32,000 bases of DNA from an uncultured Clostridium sp. GTDB lineage: Bacteria; Bacillota; Clostridia; TANB77; CAG-508. Of this stretch, positions 10,480 through 19,106 are shown piece by piece. The stretch spans positions 1,602 to 33,601 of the forward strand of contig CAOJGX010000003.1 of the NCBI GenBank assembly GCA_948435735.1, in the 5' to 3' direction. A program made the position numbers and the translations under genes. The notes below the pieces were generated by a model that did no database searches, was not told where the DNA came from, and saw only the letters and a list, made by a program, of their open reading frames with translations. Within the stretch, counting starts at the first letter, position 1. Each line of letters begins with the position of its first letter.

Positions 10480-11961
10480 TTATAATCTATGATATAAATA
10501 TTCCATATAGGAATATACTTTATTATGCCAATTTTGGTCACTTGCATACCTTATATTAACTGCTGAAACAGTTGGGCCATTATAATATGACCCTTTTGCT
10601 ACCTCGTCATCGTAAATTGGTGTGCCCGCTTCATTTATGTAGTTTTTCACAAGAACTCTTGCTACTAAATCAATTCCCTCTGCATATGTTTCAAAAGAAA
10701 ACGAACTTTGATAAGGTGAATTGTCATACGCCCCATAGCCAAACAAATTCTTTTTGTCTTGTGCAATGGTTGAGGTTCCCCAACCGCTTTCATGGATTGC
10801 CATGGAGGCTACAAATATGCCGTTTATGTGATAGTTCTTGTCCACGTTATAAAACGCTTCTGCATTCTCTTCTAGCACATGATTTTTGTCTGATTTATTG
10901 CCAGATAAAATCTTTTGGTAATCTTCCAATGTTAAATCCGTTGATTGATTTAAAGCTATATCCTCATTTAAGGTCATTTTTATCTTTTGACGTCTGTTGG
11001 CATCCACAATCCCTGGTGTTACTTTGGCAGAAGTTAAATATTTGCTTTTTACAAAACCTTCTAGACCATCATACGTTACTTTACACCAAGTTTCCTCTTT
11101 TAATTCTTCCAAAGTAACATCTAAACTTTCCAAAATCGTTACAATTTCTTCTGCAGAATCCTCTGCACTTGATTGTAAGGTCACTTCTTCGGTTACATAC
11201 ATCGTATCGCCTAAATGTACTTTGTTGTTTGCTAAAAATTTTGAAGTTCCTTTGTCAACAATTTGTGGTGTTGCATTTTCAATTGGAATCGCTTCTAAAA
11301 TATTTTCTGACACCATCTCATTATTTTCATACGATTTGATGACCGTTACCTGTTGTCTTCCATTGACACCATTTTGCGTGATTTTTTCTTCGCCTTCTGG
11401 CAAATTTGGATTTTCAACATATTGTGTTTCAAATTCAATCGGACGCTCTTCTTCGGCATATTCTTTTGACTTCAATACACTCACATTTTCCATCAAAATT
11501 TCTTCTAACTCAATCGCATTTTGGTTGGTTTCTAACATCAACTGACCTTGTGCATTGATTGGTAAGGCTTGTTTTTCTATGTTTTCTTCTGCTGGTTCTG
11601 AATTGTCTTCTTGTAAATCCTGACTGTTTTGTGTTACTTGTGCTTCAACTTCGTTTTCTGCTACAACTTCTTGCTTTTCTATAACATTTTCGGCCATTGT
11701 TTTAGCAAATATCGTGGTAGAAAAAATACAGGTTATCGCCACAATTACAATTGTAGTCAGTACAATTATTTGCTCTTCTTTGGCAATTCTAGCAATACTC
11801 GCACATTTTATTTTATTCTTTTTTTTCTCTACAGCTCGTCTTCCTTTTTTCAATCGTTTCTTTTTCACTGGTTCCATTGGTTCTATGCGTTTGATGTTTT
11901 CCAGATTACTTTTCATTTGCTCAAGATTTTGCTGCATTTGTTCAAAATCATTTATTCTCAT
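10480..11961 (-). CDS. Membrane-anchored beta-N-acetylglucosaminidase (peptidoglycan hydrolase) with SH3-like region
   Basis: N-terminal TM (IIVLTTIVIVAITCIFSTTIF), SH3-like region (WCKVTYDGLEGFVKSKYLT), glucosaminidase domain NAEAFYNVDKNYHINGIFVASMAIHESGWGTSTIAQDKKNLFGYGAYDNSPYQSSFSF. Confidence 0.9.
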   Translation of the reverse strand: MRINDFEQMQQNLEQMKSNLENIKRIEPMEPVKKKRLKKGRRAVEKKKNKIKCASIARIAKEEQIIVLTTIVIVAITCIFSTTIFAKTMAENVIEKQEVVAENEVEAQVTQNSQDLQEDNSEPAEENIEKQALPINAQGQLMLETNQNAIELEEILMENVSVLKSKEYAEEERPIEFETQYVENPNLPEGEEKITQNGVNGRQQVTVIKSYENNEMVSENILEAIPIENATPQIVDKGTSKFLANNKVHLGDTMYVTEEVTLQSSAEDSAEEIVTILESLDVTLEELKEETWCKVTYDGLEGFVKSKYLTSAKVTPGIVDANRRQKIKMTLNEDIALNQSTDLTLEDYQKILSGNKSDKNHVLEENAEAFYNVDKNYHINGIFVASMAIHESGWGTSTIAQDKKNLFGYGAYDNSPYQSSFSFETYAEGIDLVARVLVKNYINEAGTPIYDDEVAKGSYYNGPTVSAVNIRYASDQNWHNKVYSYMEYLYHRL

Positions 11962-12047
11962 AGCATCTTTCCATTCTTAAAATTATACAAGTTTATTATA
12001 GTATATTTTATTGGAATTGTCTATACAATTTTTTAGATAATTTGGAA

Positions 12048-12776
12048 TTATATTCTTTTAAATACAACATTGCTAAAATCAGTGATTTCAAAATTTCCTG
12101 AACCATTTTCTATCATATCTTCTGCTGGTAATTCAAGTGTAATTGTTCCTTTGTAGCTGACATTTTGATTGGTTTGGATAATCATATCAAAACTTAACCC
12201 AAACTTGATTTCTTCTACACTTACTCCAATATTTTGCAATAATTTGCCATCATATGTTATTTCTGTAGAATCGTTTGAAATATAGGTTCCCAAGTTGTCT
12301 AATGAAACACGGCAACTAATGACACCACCTTTATTGCCAATTTCTAATGTTTTCAAATCATCTATCGAAGCACCTGTATAGGTTAGGCTTTCTGCTAAAT
12401 AATTTTGCTCACTGTGCGTATAGGTTTTTCCCAACTCCCCTGTTGGTCTGTAAATGGCGACTTCTCCTTTGGCCGGATTTTTGGTCACATTGAAATTTTC
12501 GATTGTGATTTGCTTGATGGTTTCTTCTGTTACTTCATTTTTGTCGATATAAATATATAAATCATTGGCTTGTTTTATATTAATATTCCAGATGTTTTGT
12601 CCATCATCTATTGGTGTTCCTTCCACGGTACTAATCACAAAAATTTTAGAAATACTATACGGCAAGCTTTTTTCGCCTTCCACTTGATATTTTACCATTG
12701 CAAAAATAACTAGCATTAGCACTATCATCATACAAAATAAAAAAATACATTTTTTAAATATTTGGGCCTTTTTCAT
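12048..12776 (-). CDS. Hypothetical TM-anchored extracytoplasmic protein
   Basis: 242-aa ORF; N-terminal IFLFCMMIVLMLVIFAMVKYQ TM segment; beta-rich remainder. Confidence 0.65.
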   Translation of the reverse strand: MKKAQIFKKCIFLFCMMIVLMLVIFAMVKYQVEGEKSLPYSISKIFVISTVEGTPIDDGQNIWNINIKQANDLYIYIDKNEVTEETIKQITIENFNVTKNPAKGEVAIYRPTGELGKTYTHSEQNYLAESLTYTGASIDDLKTLEIGNKGGVISCRVSLDNLGTYISNDSTEITYDGKLLQNIGVSVEEIKFGLSFDMIIQTNQNVSYKGTITLELPAEDMIENGSGNFEITDFSNVVFKRI

Positions 12777-12799
12777 TAAATCCTCCTTTTTCCAAATAC

Positions 12800-12823
12800 G
12801 GGCGGATAATATCCGCCCCTACG
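12800..12823 (+). repeat. Dispersed palindromic element, copy 3
   Basis: GGGCGGAT-AAT-ATCCGCCC-CTACG. Confidence 0.75.
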
Positions 12824-12824
12824 C

Positions 12825-13277
12825 CTATTTTTTTCGCTGACGTAATTGTTTAAAAAACGTTTTTAAAATCGTTTCACACTCGTCCTTTAATATATATTTG
12901 TTAACTTCAATTTTATGATTAAATTTATATTCTAATAAATTCAAAACCGAACCACAAGCACCTGTTTTATCATCTTGCGTACCAATGTATAGTTTTCTAA
13001 TTCTAGCATTGATTAAAGCACCGGCACACATTGAGCATGGCTCTAAAGTTACATACATATCGCAATCGATTAAACGCCAACTATTTAACTTTTTACATGC
13101 TTTCTGAATGGCTAATATTTCAGCATGATTGGTAGCATCGCATTTTGATTCTTTTTTGTTATGTGCTCTTGCTATGATTTTGTTATCTTTTACAATCACA
13201 GCCCCGACTGGCACTTCGTCTTTGTCGAATGCCTTTTTAGCTTCTTTTAGGGCTTCTTTCATGAATTTTTCTTCCAT
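12825..13277 (-). CDS. tadA: tRNA-specific adenosine deaminase TadA
   Basis: DEVPVGAVIV...NATNHAEILAIQKA (HAE), CxxC motif LEPCSMCAGALINARI, GACGSVLNLLEYKFNHKIEV. Confidence 0.93.
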   Translation of the reverse strand: MEEKFMKEALKEAKKAFDKDEVPVGAVIVKDNKIIARAHNKKESKCDATNHAEILAIQKACKKLNSWRLIDCDMYVTLEPCSMCAGALINARIRKLYIGTQDDKTGACGSVLNLLEYKFNHKIEVNKYILKDECETILKTFFKQLRQRKK

Positions 13278-13566
13278 ATTTCACCTTTTATTTACAATTT
13301 ATCTTATATTTATATCATATCTTCCATTTTTTGACAATAGTTTTTAGTGGTGTTTCTATTTTCTCATTTTTAGCCTATTGCCCCTAGAGGCCTAGAAATG
13401 CATTTTAAGAGATTTTACCCCCTTTCTGGTATGTTATGTATACTTAAGAGATAAAACCGCCTTATTTGGCTTTCTAGTGCTTCATCAAAAAAGTCACTTT
13501 TCTGATATCTCTGCTTTTTATGCTTCTAAAACACATGAAACGGTGCTTTTTTGAGGTTTTCTTGGA

Positions 13567-13600
13567 TTTTTAGTCATTTAAGTCTAACGCTGACTAAAAA
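13567..13600. terminator. AT-rich bidirectional hairpin, possible terminator
   Basis: Perfect 10-bp inverted repeat TTTTTAGTCA-(14 nt)-TGACTAAAAA in the intergenic region. Confidence 0.4.
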
Positions 13601-13715
13601 ATGCCTTAAATTAAATTTTTATAAATTTTGTAAAAAGCTTAAAGTTCCTATCAATACAAGAAAAGACCACCTGTACAAAAATTACCTTGTACATAATGGT
13701 CTTTCCAAGAAGATT

Positions 13716-14609
13716 TTACTTGCATCCTTCTTCATAATCAAGAGGGTAAGCAAAACATTGCACGGTTCCTGGAATTTCATACCGAGCAAGCTTTCCCTCC
13801 ATCCAAGACTCCCATCTGGTTGTCTGATAAATTACGTATTCAGGAAGACACTCAATAGTTCCATTAATCAGCCCTTCTGCAATTCTCATTGCTTCTGGTG
13901 ATGGCTCTCGACCTGACTCAACATACGGAATTGTATATCGAGAGTCATACTGTTTATATCCGTCCACCACTTGATAAAGAACTTCCGTAATTGTGTTTAC
14001 CCTTCGAAATTCTTTATAGGGTGATCGAATTCTGTTGAGCACTACCGAACCAACAGCAAACCTCTCAGCATCTGTTTTTGCAGCTTCTGCGTCTATCATC
14101 AAGCCTAAAATTCTTACTTGATGTGCCACATGTGCAAATTCAGCACGCTGTGCTTCCTGACGTGCCCTTTCTGCTGCTTCTGCCGCTGCTTTGGCTTCTG
14201 CTTCTGCACGAGCCCGAGCCTCTTCTTCTGCCTTAGCTTTAGCAATCGCCTTTGCTGTTTCTTTTATTTTGGCAGTCTGTCTCACAAACTCCCTTTTTCT
14301 AGCCTCAATCTGGGCTTTCCTTTCTTCCTCTCTTTGTTCTTCCTCCTCGCATTCTTTTTTTATTGTCAGCATTTTTTCTTCAATTGAAACTTCATCTTCT
14401 TCTATCACTAAATCTCCTAAATAAAATAAAGATGAACTTTCTTCTGAAGCAGAGTCTGGCAGAAATTCTTCCAGTGTAGCTTTCGTTCCATTAGCCAAAA
14501 CTGGCTTAGTATAAATACCAGTCGCCAATACGGCTAACACCATGATTTTTACAATTTTTCGGCAATATCTCCTCCCTTCCCGATTTGTAAAAACTTTTTT
14601 AAAGTGCAT
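13716..14609 (-). CDS. SleB/CwlJ-like (Hydrolase_2) spore cortex/cell wall hydrolase with Ala/Glu/Arg-rich helical linker
   Basis: N-terminal signal-like region, long KAKAEEEARARAEAEAKAAAEAAERARQEAQ helix, then LGLMIDAEAAKTDAERFAVGSVVLNRIRSPYKEFRRVNTITEVLYQ...SPEAMRIAEGLINGT typical of Hydrolase_2. Confidence 0.85.
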   Translation of the reverse strand: MHFKKVFTNREGRRYCRKIVKIMVLAVLATGIYTKPVLANGTKATLEEFLPDSASEESSSLFYLGDLVIEEDEVSIEEKMLTIKKECEEEEQREEERKAQIEARKREFVRQTAKIKETAKAIAKAKAEEEARARAEAEAKAAAEAAERARQEAQRAEFAHVAHQVRILGLMIDAEAAKTDAERFAVGSVVLNRIRSPYKEFRRVNTITEVLYQVVDGYKQYDSRYTIPYVESGREPSPEAMRIAEGLINGTIECLPEYVIYQTTRWESWMEGKLARYEIPGTVQCFAYPLDYEEGCK

Positions 14610-14810
14610 CTTTCAAATCTCCTTTCTTCTTTTTTCCAATTCCCAAAAAAATTGGATATGTAAATAACTTCAATATAGCAAAATCTGCTATGTGTTGCAT
14701 TATATCATATTTTACATAATTTGGCAACCCCTTTTTTACATTTTTTTACTACATATGTAGATTTTTTTGCAAAAAATAAACTGCTGTACAATAACAACAG
14801 TTTATTTTTA

Positions 14811-16949
14811 CTATTTCAATAGCCAAATTTTCTTTGTTTCTTCTGTTTGCTCATAATTTTCATGCAAATATTTTTTCAAATAATCATCATATCCAGATAT
14901 TTCCCAAGCTTTTAGGTCTTCGTCATAAAGAACAACACGTGGTCGTTTATTGATTAAGTCATCAATGGTGTCAAGTTCATACCAATCCATATACCAAGGA
15001 AGAATAAAGCCTAGTCTGTTGATTGGAAATCTGTTTTTGTAAATTAAATATACGGATGAATTAGAGTAAATATCATAAAATATTTCTTCTCCGTCTGATG
15101 TTTCCGAAATGACTTTTTGGTCAAGACCTGTGATTGGTTGTGCTTTTTTGAATAAATATGTTGTGCTATATTTCATATAATTTCCTGCTATACAGATTAT
15201 AACAACTGCAATTACTGTTTGAGAGGCTAGTTTCTGCGTTTTGGTCATTTTATCCAAATCTGTGTAAATCAGAACCAATGTTAGCAAAGAAGCCCATGCT
15301 GCAATGGAATGAAAGCTTTCGTTGGTTCGTGTAAAGCAAAAACTTACGATGAGTGGTAAAATGATTGCTTTTATCCATTCCTTCTTTCGTGCCATATTGA
15401 TTAGAATTAGGATAAAACTTGCTTCTAATATAATATTCATAAACGAATGCACAACTTCTTTGCCAGTTGCTATTTTTTGTATGGCATTTGGAATAAGTTG
15501 TACAAAATTAGTAATTCCAATGAAGAATGGTTGTAATACATTGCTACCAAATCCGTCTTTTAAGTAGTAAGAATATACTTCTGTGTTAAATTTAAATGCT
15601 TGTTTATAAAATGCAACAAGTGAATGTGTTGCTACTAAATAGCCTAGTAAAATAACAAATGGAATGGCACACGCAATGACTAATTTCCAATATCTTTGAA
15701 ATAGATTTTTGAAAGAGATTGATTTATGCCTCATCCAATACAAAATTTCTTTTAACAAGACACCTAAGCAAACTGCAAAAATTGCATAAATGCTTACAAA
15801 AGCTGATGTAAATCCACAGAAAATGCTAATCGAAACGATGCTACAACGTTTCCAATCCAATTTTTCGTCTTTCAAGTATTGCAAAAATTCCAAAATCAGT
15901 GCAATCATGCAAATTGCTTGAATGTTGTCACTTAGTAACATAACGGTTTGCTTGCCAATAAATAAACCTAATCCGATTTGCAGAATTGGCAATAACGCCA
16001 TTTTGCCTTTCCCAAAATGCTCTTTATGCCTTAAATATAATCCCATATAAGCAAATGCGATTATGACATAATATATGAAACGAAATTGCATCACAGAGCC
16101 TGCTTGGAAAAGAGAAAATATGGCACATAAAAGATAAGCAAATGGTGTATGTTGCGTGTAATAATCTACATATAAAATGTGGCCTTTTTGGATTAGCATT
16201 CCACCAATGAGATTATCTACTTCATCGCAAAATGTTTCCATCCCTGTAAATACTGCTAATAATGCAAAAACTACAATTCCTAGTATACCAGCTTGTACCA
16301 ATCCATTTTTCATAATGGATTTTTGATTTTTATATAACTGTAAAATATAGATAAGTAAAGCTAGAATATAAGCTTCACAGCCGAATGTAAATAATAGCCA
16401 AAAGGTGTTGGTATTTCCGCCATAAACATTCATACATAAATCGGCTGTATATAAATTTCCATTATAATATAAATTTTCGCTGTTTTCGGCATTTTTATCG
16501 GCATAAAATGCTACAAAGTTCTCATAATTGACTCTGGTTTTGGCTTTTATGATGAGTGAGAATTGATGTGTGTTGTCTATTGGTATGGCAGAATCTAGCA
16601 TGAGGTCGTAAAATTCATTGTCTTTTGCTTGGCTAGTATTAAATTCAAAGGAAGCAAGTTCTTTGTTGGCTGTTTTATCCATTATGATAACTTCGTATCT
16701 TGAATTATTTTCTCTGCCATAGGTTCCAATTGCTAATCCAACACCTTGAAACATTTGGTAGGGAATTTTAAATTCCTGTTCTATCACAAAATTGTTATCG
16801 TGCATGGCAAGGATATCTTCGCAATTTTTCCCTACTTTTATATATTCTATATAGGTCACTTTTTTGGTCGCTTTGTATAGCATAAAAATACACAAAATTA
16901 AAATAACGATACTGGAAAGACCAATCCAAATTTTTTGTTTTTTATTCAT
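14811..16949 (-). CDS. Large polytopic membrane protein, GT39/GT87-like glycosyltransferase candidate
   Basis: 712 aa, many TM segments. The segment GMETFCDEVDNLIGGMLIQKGHILYVDYYTQHTPFAYLLCA resembles C-class glycosyltransferases. Adjacent to a GT2 gene. Confidence 0.7.
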   Translation of the reverse strand: MNKKQKIWIGLSSIVILILCIFMLYKATKKVTYIEYIKVGKNCEDILAMHDNNFVIEQEFKIPYQMFQGVGLAIGTYGRENNSRYEVIIMDKTANKELASFEFNTSQAKDNEFYDLMLDSAIPIDNTHQFSLIIKAKTRVNYENFVAFYADKNAENSENLYYNGNLYTADLCMNVYGGNTNTFWLLFTFGCEAYILALLIYILQLYKNQKSIMKNGLVQAGILGIVVFALLAVFTGMETFCDEVDNLIGGMLIQKGHILYVDYYTQHTPFAYLLCAIFSLFQAGSVMQFRFIYYVIIAFAYMGLYLRHKEHFGKGKMALLPILQIGLGLFIGKQTVMLLSDNIQAICMIALILEFLQYLKDEKLDWKRCSIVSISIFCGFTSAFVSIYAIFAVCLGVLLKEILYWMRHKSISFKNLFQRYWKLVIACAIPFVILLGYLVATHSLVAFYKQAFKFNTEVYSYYLKDGFGSNVLQPFFIGITNFVQLIPNAIQKIATGKEVVHSFMNIILEASFILILINMARKKEWIKAIILPLIVSFCFTRTNESFHSIAAWASLLTLVLIYTDLDKMTKTQKLASQTVIAVVIICIAGNYMKYSTTYLFKKAQPITGLDQKVISETSDGEEIFYDIYSNSSVYLIYKNRFPINRLGFILPWYMDWYELDTIDDLINKRPRVVLYDEDLKAWEISGYDDYLKKYLHENYEQTEETKKIWLLK

Positions 16950-16950
16950 T

Positions 16951-17673
16951 TTATTTCATTTCCTTTAATGTTTTATTGATTTCTTTAAAATCTTTTACGG
17001 CTTGTCTACCAATTTTACATATTTTCTTCAAATTAATTGAATTAACGCCACCTTGTCTTTGTCTAAAGGTGATTGGTATGTATTTTACATTGTATTTTTT
17101 CTTGGCATAAATCACAGAAATTATGACATTGGATAAATTGAATTTTTCTGGCACCAATTTCAAATTTTCTTTTAAGACATCTGCTTTCATTAAACGAAAT
17201 GGTGTGTTGGCATCTATTACAGTAACACCAAAACATAGTTTTAAGGTTACTTTTAGTACTTTGGTGACAAAGTATCTGGAAAATCCATCTTCTCGTTTGC
17301 TTCGATGACCAATTACCATTTCATGCTGTTCTTTGCAGTTCCAGAATTGTTCAAATTCGCTTGGTAGAGTTTGGCCATCTGAGTCGGTTTGGAAAATGTA
17401 ATCTGCACCATTTTCTATGGCATCGTTGTAACCGTGTAAAATGGTTGCTCCATGCCCTTCATTTTGTTTGGTGATTGCTTTGATGAGTGGATATTTTTTG
17501 GCACATTCTTGTATGATGGAATAAGTGTTGTCTTTGCTTCCATCATCAATTAAAACTAATCTAGACTCTCCATTGCCATTATGTTTTTCAATGACTGGAT
17601 ACCACTCTTCGATGACTGATTTGATATTTGCTTCTTCGTTGTAAACAGGTATTACGATAAATAATTTCTCCAT
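16951..17673 (-). CDS. Family 2 glycosyltransferase (dolichol-phosphate mannosyltransferase-like)
   Basis: MEKLFIVIPVYNEEANIKSVIEEW...LVLIDDGSKDNTY...QTDSDGQTLPSEFEQFW...GHRSKREDG. Confidence 0.93.
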   Translation of the reverse strand: MEKLFIVIPVYNEEANIKSVIEEWYPVIEKHNGNGESRLVLIDDGSKDNTYSIIQECAKKYPLIKAITKQNEGHGATILHGYNDAIENGADYIFQTDSDGQTLPSEFEQFWNCKEQHEMVIGHRSKREDGFSRYFVTKVLKVTLKLCFGVTVIDANTPFRLMKADVLKENLKLVPEKFNLSNVIISVIYAKKKYNVKYIPITFRQRQGGVNSINLKKICKIGRQAVKDFKEINKTLKEMK

Positions 17674-17752
17674 TTTTTGTTCCTTTCTGGGTTTGGATTT
17701 TGATTTTTTATGGATGGGTTGTTGCGTTAGGTTTTATGTTCGTTTTTGGAGC

Positions 17753-17776
17753 GGGCGATTGATAATCGCCCCTACA
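17753..17776 (+). repeat. Dispersed palindromic element, copy 4
   Basis: GGAGC-GGGCGATT-GAT-AATCGCCC-CTACA; supplies the TAG stop of glf on the minus strand. Confidence 0.8.
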
Positions 17777-18871
17777 GGATTTTGTTGCATGTTTTTAGGG
17801 CTTCTTTGATGACCTTGTCCATGTCGTAATATTTGTATTGACCTAAGCGACCGCCGAAAATTACTTTTTTGTCGGTGTCTGCTAATGTTTTATATTTTTC
17901 ATATAATTCATTATTTTTATCGTTGTTGATTGGATAATATGGTTCTTTGCGGGTAGTCCAAGTGTCTGGATATTCTCTTGTGATGATTGTTTTAGGCTGC
18001 GTTCCATACTCGAAATGTTTATGTTCAATAATTCTTGTGTAAGGAACTTCGTATTCTGTATAGTTGACAACGCTGTTTCCTTGATAGTTCTCTAAATCCA
18101 AGGTTTCTGTTTCAAATCTTAAACTTCTGTATTCTAGTTCTCCATATTGGTAATTATAATATTGATCAATTGGCCCTGTGAAAACAATCTTTTCTGCAAT
18201 GTTGTTTAATTCTTCTTTGTGTTCAAAATAATCATATTGTAATCTAACTTCAATTCCGTTCTAACATTTTTTCAATGATTCCGTGTATAACCACCAATTG
18301 GAATGCCTTGGTATAAGTCATTAAAATAATTATTATCATAAGTAAAACGAACGGGTAATCTTTTGATAATAAAGGCTGGGAGTTCTGTTGCTCTTTTGCC
18401 CCATTGTTTTTCAGTGTAGCCTTTTATTAATTTCTCATAAATTGTTTTTCCAATTAGTTTGATAGCTTGTTCTTCTAGATTTTTAGGCTCGCCAATTTCA
18501 ACTTCTTCTAATTCTTGCTGAATTTTTTGTTTGGCTTCTTCTGGCGTGAACACGCCCCAAAGTTTGTTAAATGTATTCATATTAAATGGTAAATTGTATA
18601 CTTCGTTTTTGTATCTAGCAACTGGAGAATTGGTATATCGATTAAATTCGGCAAATTGGTTGATATAGGCCCACACTTGTTTGTCGCTTGTGTGGAAAAT
18701 GTGGGCACCGTATTTGTGTACATTTATATTTTCTATTTTTTGTGTATAAATATTTCCTGCAATATGTGAACGTTTGTCTATGACAAGACATTTTTTTCCC
18801 TTTTTATTGGCTTCATAGGCAAAAATTGCTCCAAATAGGCCACTTCCTACAACTAGATAATCGTATTTCAT
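17772..18871 (-). CDS. glf: UDP-galactopyranose mutase, requiring two +1 frameshifts at CGG 18283-18281 and CGG 18258-18256
   Basis: First frame: MKYDYLVVGSGLFGAIFAYEANKKGKKCLVIDKRSHIAGN...VRFTYDNNYFNDLYQGIPIGGYT. Second: IIEKMLE. Third: IEVRLQYDYFEHKEELNNIAEKIVFTGPIDQYYNYQYGELEYRSLRFETETLDLENYQGNSVVNYTEYEVPYTRIIEHKHFEYG...VIFGGRLGQYKYYDMDKVI. Frames change 1 to 0 to 2 (mod 3), matching exactly two +1 shifts. Confidence 0.93.
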
Positions 18872-19106
18872 TTTTTCCCCTTTTTTTATTTCTTTGTATT
18901 ATATCATAGCAAAAATGAAAAGTAAAGGCTTATTCTGTATTTCAAATTTAAGATTTTTGTGTTGTAACAAAAATGAAATAATGGCAGTAAATACTGCATC
19001 CTTAGTGAACTTTCCGTTTTGTAATAGAAAAGATATTTGATTTTTTACTTATATTAGTATAGTAATAAATAAAATATAAAGTTTAAAGGAGCGTTTTGTA
19101 AGTACT

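Noticed and set aside
10572-11545. Antisense ORFs of 181-182 aa opposite the glucosaminidase gene
   Set aside because: Low-complexity shadow ORFs of a clearly conserved minus-strand gene; no RBS or motif.
13551-13901. Plus-strand 116-aa ORF
   Set aside because: Overlaps the 3' end of the SleB-like gene antisense; no recognisable features; the intergenic part contains only an AT-rich hairpin.
17882-18070. Minus-strand 62-aa ORF (MSTIQNTKFLTQ...) within glf
   Set aside because: Out-of-frame reading of the glf coding region; no homology pattern.
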